64,000 nt of DNA from Eledone cirrhosa. Lineage: Eukaryota. Position numbers and translations under genes: made by a program. Shown in pieces: positions 17,331-29,743 of this stretch; position 1 is the first letter of the stretch, and the number at the start of each line of letters is the position of its first letter. The notes beneath the pieces were generated by a model. The model saw only the letters and a program-made list of their open reading frames with translations. It did not search any database and was not told where the DNA came from. Location of the stretch: contig OZ024741.1 in the NCBI GenBank assembly GCA_964016885.1, forward strand, positions 285,076,001 to 285,140,000, in the 5' to 3' direction.

Positions 17331-18389
17331 ATAGATAGATAGATAGATAGATATTATTGCGTTCTTGTTCGCTGGGATGAGGCTTTCCAGTAATTTAGAC
17401 CGTAGAGTTAACTGTATATGTTCTTTTATTGACTAGCGTACAAATATATAATTGTTTCCATTCTCCTGAATGTTTCCAAAGCTAGTAAAATAATTTAGGA
17501 AGGATGCATATATAATATTTCGAAATAATGTATACATCCTTCACACAAATTTATTTCGTTAACTTTGAAGAAAGCTACAAACATAGACACAGAGTTATGA
17601 CTGCAACTTAATCATTACTAAACACACATACACATATGTACACATAGAGAAACACACACACACGCACGCACACGCACACGCACACACGCACGCACACATA
17701 TACGCATACTCGTACGCATATGTTTTTCTTGATGTTGCTCTTGTTTCGTAAGTGATTCATTCTAACACGTAGCCAGGAAAAATATCTTCGGCGGCTATTT
17801 ATAGTAGAAGATAGCGACTTCGTACAATCCATATTAAAGTTTATTTTATTTCTATTACTGCTATGTCACCCACGCACTTCATTCTACCCCTTTCTTCGTC
17901 TTAAAAGGATTGCATAGATATAAGTAGGCTACGAATTTACAGTCGTTAGAATGTTGGATTGAATGCCTTACGGTATCCGTTCCATTTCTCTGCGGTCATA
18001 GTTAAAAACCCATCGAAGTCAGCTTCGTCTTTCATCTTTTCGGCAAACATGAGGTCTGTGTAAATATGTACAGTTAAATTCCTATAATTTTCCTTGAAGT
18101 CTTATGGCTTTCTTCTTGCGATTTCTGTCCAAATTCTCATTCTTATGGACTTCGGAGAGAATGCTTTGCTGTCTTCTTTCCGGCTCTTTAGGCTCTGAGT
18201 TCAAACCTCACCGTGGTCAACTTATCCTTTCATCCTTTTGACGTCGATAAAAAAAAGTAAGAGTATAATAAGGGGACCGTTTTTTTTCCTCTGAATGTTT
18301 TTCTCACATCCTCTCTACCAATCTTTCTCTCTCGCTGTATCCCTGAAAGAAATCAGTTGTGTTCAGGCCTGGGGAACAGGTTTTAATCC

Positions 18390-19540
18390 CCAGGATAAAC
18401 TTTCTTACTCGACAACCAAAAGCATAGCCCAGAATATAGCGAAAATTAACAATAGGAATCTGGGAATTAAACATAAAGAGATAACTCACAGTAGCAAGCA
18501 CGGAAACACTGATAGAGTAAACAGCAACTCGAATAACAGGGATAACACCATTAACATAAATGAGATAAACCAACGGACACACAGACACAGAGAGGGAACA
18601 ATGAATGGTAACGTAAATAATTGCAATTACAGAAATCATAATAGTTGCCCAATGAAAAATAACTGTTTAGAGAAAAATATTGTTTATGAATCTGAAGTAA
18701 AAACGAGTAGTAAGACTTATAGATATATTGGTGCAACTTCTACAAGATTTAAAGAAAGGTGGTATAACCATCGCCACCCATTTAAAAGAACTGATTAAAA
18801 AATCTAGCACTGTCCTGTCGGAACTGATTTGGTCACTAAAAAATAAATAAATGGAATACTCCCTTTCTTGGTCAAAACTCTCACATGCTTTTTCATATAT
18901 AAATGGATCTATATCTAGGCGGTGTGACCTCTGTACTACAGAGACTCTACACATCATAAATAGTAGACATAAAATTATTAATAAACGCTCTGAAATTTTA
19001 AATTCTTGTTTACACAAAATTAATAAGACATTTCGTAGAGTATATAGTTAAAACTTAAATAATGTTAAATAGACCACCAAATAATTAAGTAAACATTCAT
19101 TAATATATAGATACACTATAACATCAGTATCAAAGTACAAATTTCTAAAATTAGAATAAGTATCTAAGTAAATAAAATTAGTATAAAAATAAATAAATAA
19201 ATATAAAATAGACTTTCAGTTCATATATGCCTCACTAGGAATTAAGCGACCAATCTGGTAACTTGATACCCTAGTCCGTTCACAAACCGCAACGCCAATT
19301 GGAATAGCTATCTCCCACATATATAAGTACTGCTACTTGAGAATTTCGGACATATGCATACTGGTCGGCGAAGTGAATAACATGTATAACTAGTAACATA
19401 TCAATGGATATTTACATCTCGTTTGGATTTTTGTCTGAAGAGAACACGTGGGGCAGTTGTTATACAACTACCTTACGTCTTTGAAAGACGTATAACAAAA
19501 TAAATAAGGATGTACAAATGAAACCGTATTTCTTGTTTAT
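18390..19540 (+). pseudogene. PLE fragment: linker and GIY-YIG endonuclease (frameshift/stop) plus 3' region with HHR
   Basis: KLSYSTT, CPMKNNCLEKNIVYESEV..YIGAT..FKERWYNH, LSELIWSLK, CDLCTTE, INKRSEI..CLHK. Confidence 0.85.
19429..19500 (+). ncRNA. Type I hammerhead ribozyme in PLE 3' region
   Basis: ttttgt-CTGAAGA-[long stem II acgtgggg/ccttacgt, agttgt/acaact]-GAAA-gacgta-TA-acaaaa, downstream of the GIY-YIG fragment. Confidence 0.7.
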
Positions 19541-19633
<93 letters not shown>

Positions 19634-19949
19634 CAAATATTGCTACATATATATAAGACCCGTAATGAAATCTAGAATGGTCAGAAAATACACATAAATA
19701 GATCTCCCCTCTATCTCTCACCTTCCATCTTTGTCATCCCCACCCACCTGCTTTCCAAATCTTCTTCTCTCTTTCCCTCTCTCTCTCGTTTCTGTCTCTC
19801 TTCGTTGACAGTTTGCTACATAATCTGTCAAATATATTTATGAGTCCTTTGGCCTCTTTTTCCATATTTCGTTATTATAATAATATTAAATCCCACATTG
19901 AAAACTAACTGGCCGTCTCTGAGAGTTATACTACACAGCCGGTGTTGTT

Positions 19950-20722
19950 GTTGGCAGAATCGGTAGAACGTCAGACACTATGCTTTGCAACAGAGAGTTA
20001 TGGCCCTTTACGTTCTGAGTTCAAATCGGGTCTAGATTAGCTTTGCCTTTCATCCTTACAGGGTCGATAAATAAAGCACCAGAAATGCACTGGGGTCGAT
20101 TTAATCGACTTCTGCCTCTCCCTTCAAATTGCTGGCCTTCTGCGTCGGGTGGTTCAGGATTGGTAGAGTCCCTGAATCAACCCTGGGTGGTTATCCCCCT
20201 ATTGGGGAATTTTCATTGTTGCATTTTTCTTGTTTATTGCTATTGTTTTCCTATAGTTTAGTCGATTTTTCTGTAAAACCTCCACTGTCCCCTACATGTC
20301 GGCCCTTGTGGCCAATAAATGAAACCATTATTATTCGGACGCTATGCTTTGACGCATAGAGTTACGGCCCTTGACATTCTGAGTTCGAATCCCGCCGAGC
20401 TTAACTTTGCCTTTCATCCTTACGGGGTCGATAAAATAAAGTACCAGTAATGCACTGTGTAATTGCTGGCCTTGTGCCAAAAAGTAGAAACAATTATTAT
20501 TATTATTATTATTATTATTATTGTTACTCGATAAAATAAAGTACCAGTAATGCACTGGTTAATTGCTGGCCTTGTGCCAAAAGTAGAAACAATTATTATT
20601 GTTAGCGTCGGACAACATGCGTCGTGGCATATGGTTATGTCCCTTTACGTTCTGAGTTCAAATCCCGACGAGGTTGGCTTTGCCTTTCACCCATTCAAGT
20701 TCGATAAAATAAAGTACCAGTT
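19950..20722 (+). mobile_element. Head-to-tail stack of Nin-domain SINEs (3 copies plus a duplicated tail)
   Basis: Copies at about 19950-20140, 20335-20520, 20528-20600 and 20600-20722. Confidence 0.8.
20141..20322 (+). mobile_element. 3' UTR of the same LINE family inside a SINE 3' end
   Basis: cccctattgggga...cccttgtggccaataaa matches the reverse complement of 16833-16955. Confidence 0.6.
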
Positions 20723-20979
20723 TCAAATATTGGTACTTTACAACTTAAATGTACGCACATAAAACGTTTGGGGGCGGGGATGGAGGCGACACCCCGTCCA
20801 CATCCAGCCAGAGTAACAATAGCGTCATCACCTCCACCACCAGCACACCCAGCATTGTCACCACTAACGCCATTGTAGACATCACCAACAACGCCACAGC
20901 CACCACCAACAACAAAATCAAAAACAGCAGCTGCAACAATAGTAACGACAGCAATAACAACAGCAACAATAACGCAAAT

Positions 20980-22475
20980 TCAGGGCTTCGGCGCAGAGGA
21001 AGTCCTTGTCATCAACCCTTTTAGACGTGTCCACGACACGGCCTCTTTTGCCATAGCTACCAGGCTAAGAAAAACTGCCTGTTCTTCTCGACTAAAGGAG
21101 GGCGGCTGGGTTATCTTCACGATGGACTCAGCCGATACCCGGAGCGCCCTACACGTGACAACAGCTCTCCGACATAGCTCCACAAATTGATATTGCTCAG
21201 ACACTGGACGATTGCATGCAGAACAATTTCGTCATCCTGTGCGTATCTTGGACATGCTCGGCTGACGGCATGTCCGTGCCTGTAGAACTAATCTCCATTT
21301 GACATTACTTCCTGGTAACACTGCCAGGCCGGGCATTTCTGGAAGTTATCCATAGGCTCCGAGCTCTGAAAAGTTGATCATCTTCAACTCCCAGTGTCTC
21401 TCCAAGAATGTCGTCACATTTCTTCGACAATTATCCTCTATGAAACGCCAAAGTGGACTGTCCACAGATCGCTGTACCCAATAGAAGTCTGTAAGCACCT
21501 GACGGCATTCTATTTGCCAAGGGCTGTAGCCCCGTCAAGAAAACTATCTAGGGAAATACGTATCTGGTAACCGGTGACCACACCTGTTTACCGTCAAAGA
21601 AATGTTGGAGATGTCGCAGTCTCAGCGCATGTCTGTGGATCATGAGCCATGGCATGCTCAGTCCTCTGTGCAGTGCTTGTTGACATCAGATGAACCGCCT
21701 GACAGTTGGAACGCGTCCCTTTTACAAAAAGCGAAATAGTAGATGCTTCAGTGCGGTCAGGCTTGTCCGGGGCAAAGGTCAGCAGTAAGGTGGTAATAGA
21801 TGATGGCGGTGAAATATGCATTCACCAACCCGCACGGGACACCTCTCAACGCCTCAAGCTTGTGCAGTAATGGTTCAAGAGTCAGTACTTACAAAAGAGA
21901 CGAAAGGAAGCATCTTTGGCGGACGATGCGTATGATACTGAATCACTCCGGTTGATAGCGGCCATTCACTCTGACCGCCACGAAGGTGTTATTGTACATT
22001 GCATCCATCCCCTGAAGACAGGACCATACTATGCCTCACTGGGATTAGCCGCTAGATAACAATGGTCAACCTATGAAAAGTTTACCACTGATCCTCGTTG
22101 ATCAGAGCTCCACCTTTGCCAGTTTCCTTACTTACCCTTACTATGATGCCTCGCATGAAGTAAAGGTTGTTGTGGATGGATCCTTTTGGGATAGCGCACA
22201 TCCAGACCTCTGACGACAGGCACCGACGCCTTTGCCAACGCCTTGGCCAACATTTTGAACTTCCCGTTTAGCAGAGTTATAAGTTTGAAGTTATCTATGT
22301 GATCTCCTTATTCGACTTCTTTCGCAACAGCGCTACCACCTTTCAGCTTACAGAACTGGAAACTCTTCCATTCTGCTGTCAATTGGTGTAGACGTCTACT
22401 GAGATGTCGCCGATGTAAACGTAAAGCTCGTAGAAAGACAATCCAAACCCAACGATCTGTAACTCACGCAGCCAG
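20980..22475 (-). pseudogene. L1/Tx1-clade LINE ORF2, heavily degenerate
   Basis: VVALLRKK..GDHIDNFKLITLLNGKFKMLAKALAK (RT start, canonical NxRPITLLN) and C-terminal FLSLVAMAKEAVSWTRLKGL. Confidence 0.75.
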
Positions 22476-22516
22476 TTATTGTTTCCTGTATATCATGGTT
22501 TGTATGATGTCTAATT

Positions 22517-24215
22517 CAGGCACAAGGCCAGCAAATCAACCAACTATAACTGGTACATTATTTTAGCGACTCTGGAAGGATGGAAAACAAAGGTGACCTC
22601 GGTAGGATTTGAACTCAGAATGTAAAGAGTAGGAACAAAGGCCACAAAACCTTTTACCCACTGCTTTAACGATGATTCCAAAACACCAATCTAATACTAT
22701 TAATAATAATAATTTCTAAACTAGGTACAAGCCAGTAATATGAGGGGAAAGGGAAACGTTGACAGGATATTTCTTTCAGCAACAATGGCAAGGTTAACCT
22801 CGGCAGGATTTGGAACTCAGAATGTAAAGAGCCAGAATGTAGACATGGCTGAATGGTTAAGAAATTCGCTTCCTAATCATGAGGTTCCAGATTCGATTTC
22901 AGTGCATAGCATCGTGGGCAAATGCTTATGTCCTAGCATCGAGTTGACTCAAGCCTTATGAGTGAAATTGAGCTGAGAGAAAATGTGTGGAAGCCCGTTT
23001 GATGGATAGTATCTGTAATTTAAAGGTTTAGCTTTTCATGTTGTATCTGGCTGATACAACTTGTGAATTGTGTTGATACTCATGTCTGTGGAATAGTTAG
23101 TCACTTACAAGTTAATTTACGGGTTGAACGTTCACTTGATCAGAAATTTGTATAGCAGTTCATACCGACAGACAATGATACAATTTAGGCGAAGAGCAAA
23201 GAGCATATCCTTCACCAGTTCTAAACGCAAGCAATTTCTCAGAAAGAGAGAAAGAGATAAAGAGAATCGACTCAAGTACTGAACTGGCACTTATGTTATT
23301 GATCTAGCAAAGCTGACTTGGAGGGATTTGAACTCAGAGCGCAGAGAACTGGAACAAATACCGCAAAGCATTCTGTCCAACGTTCTAACTATTCTGGCAA
23401 TTCGTAACCTTCATGTGTATTATTTTCCTCCAAATCTCACACTCACCATTCCTCACCCATTTCTTCATAATTCTGTTGTTTATTTACATGTTATTACATA
23501 TTAATATCTAACGTTTCTGCCAAATCACGGCCTTCGCATGCATACAGACAGACAGAGAGACAGACAGACAAACTGACTGACTGCCCGGCAAGCAAGAAAG
23601 ATTTATCCACATGTAAATTTATAAGTAATCTGATATCAACATCAACTTCATATAGAACTCATGCCAACTTCACGTGACAACCTATAAACCCAAATAGAGA
23701 TTTAAACTGAAATAATATTTAAGAAAACCTCTTCTTCTTAGCGTAAACTAGCTTCCTACTTTACATGCGTGTTCGTTGCATTCCCACGCAACTGCTTGTA
23801 CTTTAAAAATGAATTCCATACCTAAGAAACAAGATAACAAAGTTGTGTAAGCCTACGAAATAATGACACGTATGTTTGACAGGGGAAAGAAACTAAAAGC
23901 AAATTCGAATAAAATATTTACGAAGCTCAGTTTTTTATTTTACCACACCCTTAAGTTGGTTAGTTATATAGCTTATTTAACTCTTTTAAAGACTAAACTA
24001 TGGGTGAATAGGCAGAGTCATTAGAATGTCGGAGAGAATGCTTTGCAGTATTTTTTCCGGCTCTCTGCGATCTGTGATTGCAAAACCCACCGAGGTCAAT
24101 TTTGCTGTCCAGATCTGGGTTTCATTCTTCCTCTACATCTCTCACTCTATCTCACTCATTCTTTGGGAGAAATCGGCTATGTTCAGACCATGAGAGGGGA
24201 TGGGCTCCGCCAAAT
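22517..24215. mobile_element. Several older diverged SINE copies (22517-22690 -, 22710-22840 -, 22838-23140 +, 23270-23405 -, 24000-24215 +)
   Basis: Recognisable B box (ggatttgaactcag on plus for minus copies) and central-domain remnants. Confidence 0.6.
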
Positions 24216-27200
24216 ATAAAATGCCCAAACACGCAGTATATTACTACTGTGCCTCCTACGTGCCAAACATACATACAAAGACTAAACTACACCAAATTGC
24301 TTCCATAAAAGTATACAATTTAAATTTACATTCAAATCCTGGACTAAAATCTCATTGCTAAAAAGATATTAATTATTTTATTCTATTATTGGTTTCAGTC
24401 ATTAGACTGAGGCCATTCTGGTGTACCGCATTGAAGGAATTTAGACGACCATATCGATTTCAGTACTTAAATTTTCAAGTTTGGTACTTATTTTATGGAA
24501 CTGCTACATTAAAGAACATAATCAAACAATAAATGTAAACACACACACACACACATACGTAAACACACACACACACAAATGTGCGCGCGCGCGCACATGT
24601 ACGTGTTTTGAACACAGTGAGCCGGAACGAATACCGGGGCATTTAAAATGACGCCCAATGACTGCGAATTCGCCCCTTATTTTATTTGAGAACTAAATAA
24701 TTAAAACCAGTCTAAGTCATTAAAACCTGGAAGCAGTTATCTTTGTTTTTCTTAATGCTAAATTCTCTCTGTGATTGGCCCTTGTTTTACAGACGGAATA
24801 AATAATATTCACTTAGTGAGCCAAAAGTGAAATATGAGAAATACACACACACACACACGCACACGCACACGCACACGCACACACACACGCACACGCACAC
24901 ACACACACATACATATATATATGTATGTGTGTGTGTATGTGTGTGTAGTTTAATTAAAATTCCATACACTTATGTATGCGCGGCCTTAGATTTCGAGGTT
25001 CAGTTATGGCCATCACTGTGTGTGTGTGTGTGTGGATAGATAGATATACACTTAAAAGACAAAAACAAAGTGTGTAGTAATCATTTGTCAGTAGGCCTTC
25101 TGTAAAACTGTAGAAATTAATTATTTGAAAAGTTTTCTTTGTGGCCCTATTGTTTTCTAGAAATTTTATTTGTCTTTCAACTTCAATAAAATATTAATAG
25201 ACGTGAGTACAGATGCTTTCACTTTAAATTCTTTCTCGTCTGAAGTGTAATCATACTATAGACGACAGACTTTACTTCTGAGTAACTATGTTTAAATGTG
25301 CAAATATTTTAATTGACTTGAAGTTTTATCGTGTAAAATATTTATTCGACAAATTAAATTTTATGATGTTTACAATAAAATTAAATAATGAAAGTAAGGG
25401 GAAATGGGAAGAAGCGGCATACTTCACACCTCGGGCGAAATACACTCCTTTCAATTTTGCGGAGGAAAACGGAAAGTCGGAGACTGCGGTCACCGGAGAT
25501 CTTGACGGTGGCTGGCACGAAACGAAAGTGGTCACTCATGTTCCTATATTTAGATATCTTTTTCACTCCTCTGATTTACGGTGGCAGTTCCCGATTTTGT
25601 AGCCAAAGGGACAAGGATAGAGGCGGAGAACGTATCGCAGCACACGGCTTCTCAAATTAAAGATTCACCCCGTTCGAAAGAGAAAAAGGATCACCATATC
25701 TTGGCGCTTGCCATTACTACGTGCCACTGTTTGGCTATGAAGCAGCACGGAGGCAGTTGTTAGTCCAAGGAAGATTCGATCCGAATGAAGAATGACCTGC
25801 ATTTGATGTCATGCAATTTGTGTTGGTATCCTGCATAATGGGGAACACTGATGCCATCGTCAACCCAAACGGCCAGAGATTACTCGTGTTGCCGGGCCAC
25901 ATTTTGTTTCTGACGACTTGCAGAAAACCTCGCTGATGAAGATGAGGCACGAGCTGATGATTAACGAGTGGGCGGGTTGTGCAAGCTCAGATGTTGCGAG
26001 GAAGCCTAGGACACCCTTCCACATGAGATCTTTTCCAGTTGATAACGAGTGGCGCCAAAACGCATACTACAGATACGTTTGGTGCAAAATCAATGGTGAC
26101 GTCTAGTTCGTTGAAGCGCCCTGCATATGGATAACAAGGTGAAACAGTTTCTCAGAGGGAAGAGCGTGAGTTGTGCATCGTACTGGCCCAATCTGTCTAT
26201 CACCAGAGAAAATATACGTGCGCACGCGGAAATACAAGTGCTCGTATTTGCGAGTGGTCGTACCTCGAGGTGTGCTTGTATTTGAAACACAACACAATGA
26301 AGGTGGTGGTTGATAGAATCGGTAAAGCATTGAACAAAAGAAAATAACTGAGAGTTTTGAATTATATTCTCTAGAAAGTTCTAATCCCGCATTTTAGCAT
26401 CCGTCATGGTCGATAAGATAAGCAGCATCGCTTTCGGCAATGTGTGCTCCAGTTATTCGATCAACGGAAGAGCAAAATCATGAAATTAACTAAATGGCGA
26501 AATATTCCACAGCCACCTGTGAAAGTAATTTTCAGGGAGACTCAGCGTAACACCGTGTGTTATAAGGCTGACCCTTTGAATTATAGGTTCAATCCATCCA
26601 ACAGCCTTCCAAATAGTTTCCCTTTCTCAGTTTCACACACAAGGCTTGGGTCGAACCGAAGCTATGGTAAATGACACTTGCTCGAGATTCCACTCAATGG
26701 GATCGAACACAGGACCTTATAATTCCGACGATAACGTCTTAACCCTTCGACCATACTGCATCAACGAAGTAGCAGTAGTAATGCAAGGATTAGTTCGATC
26801 GATTAAATGCGTGCAGCTCTTGCAAACAATTCAAGAAATCAATACATGAAATACAATAACTTTGAGCATTTCACTTGTTCAACGTCTGTCCTCGATTTCA
26901 TATTAATTGACCATACCGGTCCGACCGCTCTTAGCTGTATATTAAACTTGATCAATTTTCTTGTTAACCGAGTCGTTTAACATATGAAAGTATGTCTGAA
27001 CTCCAAACCAGTCAACCAGCACCTCACTTCTCAGCTAAATATACGTTTAAGCAACCAACAATTGGTGACGGTGACGATAAGCGGCTCTGCTGGGTTCAAT
27101 TCCACTACATGACTTGAACAAGTGTCTTTGCCATACCCTCGGGTCAACCCAATTCTTGTGAGTGAAATTGGGTAGACAGAAATTGAAAGAAAGCCTGTCA

Positions 27201-27527
27201 GATAGATTGTAATTTCAGTCATGTCACATGATGTATCACGATAATTCGGCTTGGGAATTATGTTAAAGATGCGTGTGTCTGTGACATATTCAACCACATA
27301 CACGCTAATTCATGAGTTAACGTTCAGTTGATCGAATAATTGAATCTTCAAGGTCGAAATCGATGGAGGATCCTACATTATATAAATGAAGCTTGTGTGG
27401 TTACCCAACAAATTTTGAATTGTACATCTTTATTCATATTGTTCATCCTATACGTAAACATGTGATAGTTGTTGATTTCTAAACTGATATTTAAACCGTT
27501 TTTTTCTTTTTCTTTGTATTTTTTTAG

Positions 27528-28788
27528 ACTGGATGTTCTCATTAACAATGCAGCAGTCGGATTAAATGATGATGGATCTACTAAGCAAGGTTTCGATTTT
27601 TCTTTCGGTACCAACTACATTGGCCCTTTCCTGTTAACTCATCTATTGCTTGACCTTATAAAGAAATCTGCTCCCAGTCGTATTATAAATGTCACATCAA
27701 AGGCGGTTGACGCTCTAAGCACCGAGCTTGATTTCTCCCTTCATTCAGAAGGCTCTACCACAAAGTATAGTAAGCTTAGCGGTTATATTATTAGCAAATT
27801 AGGAAACATCTACCATACTTATTTCCTCAGTGAAGAACTTTCAGGGAGCAGGGTCACCATTAATTCCATGAACCCGGGATTCGTAAAAACAGACATAATG
27901 TTGGGACCTGTGGAAAACCCTTTTAAATATCTCATAAACACGTTATGCAAATTTGTATCTGTTTTCATAAGTCGCTCACCTAAAGACGCAGCTCAAACTT
28001 TGGTTTATATGGCTGTCGACCCCGAACTTAGTGAATTAACAGGAGAATATGTTGCAAACTTAAGCATACAAACACATACATTGAATAATTTGGCGCGTAA
28101 CAAAGAACAAGCGTGGAAAATGCGTGAAATTAGTTACTTAGCTTGTAAAGACTACTTGGATTTGCCTGAAGACATAGTGAACGTGGAAGAAGTAGGAGCT
28201 GTAATAGAAGGCAGTTCAGAAAAGGAGGAAAAAGATGTTGACGAGAAGCTTCCACAATCCACAACTTCAGTTTCTTGTGAATCATCAACAGCAGAAAACA
28301 CAGAAAAAGCAGCAGTAGCTGAGGCAAGAGCAGCAGAAACAGCAGCAACCGGAACAACACTTGCAGTAGCAGCTGGTGCGACAATAGCAGCAACAACAGC
28401 AGCAGCAACAGAAACAGTTACAGCTGTAGCAGCTGAAACAACAAAGATACCAGAACAAAAAACTAACGTCTTTTCCGAGTCAAATTTACCCACCTCACCT
28501 AATACTTTCACAACTTCTCTCCCAGGTGCAGATAATAATAATACAGATTTAGAGTCAGTTGGATGTCTTATTTCTCGCGAATACTCTCCCACTAATACTC
28601 AAGGATTGATACATCCAGAAATTACTGAAATGAATGAATCTTACCCACTCGCTGAAAGTGATACTAACTGTGATACAACACATGACTGTTCAAATCGAAC
28701 GAGCAGCAGTCGTGAGGATTCCCCTCTTATTACCATCGATGATACAGAAACATCAGATTTTCTCCATCATGAGGAAGAGACATTTTAA
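27528..28788 (+). CDS. Terminal coding exon of a classical SDR, retinol dehydrogenase 11/12/13-like, with long low-complexity C-terminal extension
   Basis: Polypyrimidine tract and AG acceptor at 27526-27527. The open frame reads LDVLINNAA, FGTNYIGPFLLTHLLLDLIKKSAPSRIINVTS, catalytic YIISK, NPGFVKTDI and AQTLVYMAVDPEL. Stop TAA ends at 28788. The N-terminal TGxxxGxG exon was not found in the window. Confidence 0.9.
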
Positions 28789-29029
28789 GCGAAAGAAATT
28801 AAGGAATGTTCAATTGACTTTGGTTAGAAAAATGGAAAGATAAATAGAACTTCTGTAGAAACATAGAACCTTTCTTCATTTAATCTAAATGTAAGCCCTG
28901 CATGATATATATGAATTTGGCCGGAGTATCGCTAAAAATCTTTCTCCGATATTGTATTTATATATATATATATATATATAATACAATAATTACAGCACCT
29001 CTATTCTGACGCATTTTTATTCAATATAT

Positions 29030-29043
29030 AATAAAGAAATAAA
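29030..29043 (+). promoter_or_regulatory. Candidate polyadenylation signals of the SDR gene
   Basis: Two AATAAA hexamers (29030-29035, 29038-29043) about 245 nt after the stop, followed by T-rich sequence. Confidence 0.45.
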
Positions 29044-29563
29044 TTCTTGCTCTAAGCATAAAAGTTATTTTTCTTCTTTGCAAAACTATTTCTATTGCTA
29101 TGTTATCATACCCTGGTTTTAAATCGCAAGAATTCCTGATTCCAACGTATTTTTCCAAACAATGTGGCCTGGAACTGCTGATATCGATGTGTCTTGAGCG
29201 ATTTTAAAACTAGGTGGAGATCATTCCTTCTTTAAGTCTGGCCATAACTGATTTTCCTCCACACAGAGATAGAAATGGGGCAGGCATTTATGTTATCGAC
29301 CACGAAAGGATAAAAGGTAAAGTTGACCTCGGTGAGATTTGAACATGGTGCACAGTGAGTTGGAATGAATAAGGTAAAGCATTCTATTCAACATTCTAAC
29401 GACTCTGCCAATTTACTGCTTACCATTTTCAGATATAATAAGACAAAAAGTTCTTAGAATAAAAATTGAAATAAAGATTTCCTTCATAGGAATAAAGCTG
29501 CTTATTAATTCGAAAAAGAGATTAGAAGTGTTATATATTTATGTACGTCATCAGAATAATAAT

Positions 29564-29743
29564 TGTTTCTACTTTAGGCACAAGGCCAGCAATTACCCAG
29601 TACATTACTGGTACTTTATTTTATCGACCCCGTAAGGATGAAAGGCAAAGTTAACCTCGGCGGGATTTGAACTCAGACTGTAAAGGGACGTAACTATGCT
29701 AGAAAGAATGGCGTCCGACCCTCTACCGATACTGCCAATCCAC
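29564..29743 (-). mobile_element. Nin-domain SINE with 18-bp TSD
   Basis: TSD cgtcatcagaataataat at 29546-29563 and 29744-29761. Confidence 0.9.

Noticed and set aside
20790-20975. Thr/Asn-rich ORF; also CAA-rich 11975-12300 and purine-rich 30800-31080
   Set aside because: Low-complexity trinucleotide decay with no coding evidence.
27469-27527. ORF-track N-terminus MLISKLIFKPFFSFSLYFF of the SDR
   Set aside because: Intronic polypyrimidine tract before the AG acceptor.
28130-28592. Antisense ORFs with poly-Leu/Ala
   Set aside because: Shadows of the (GCA)n-rich SDR tail.
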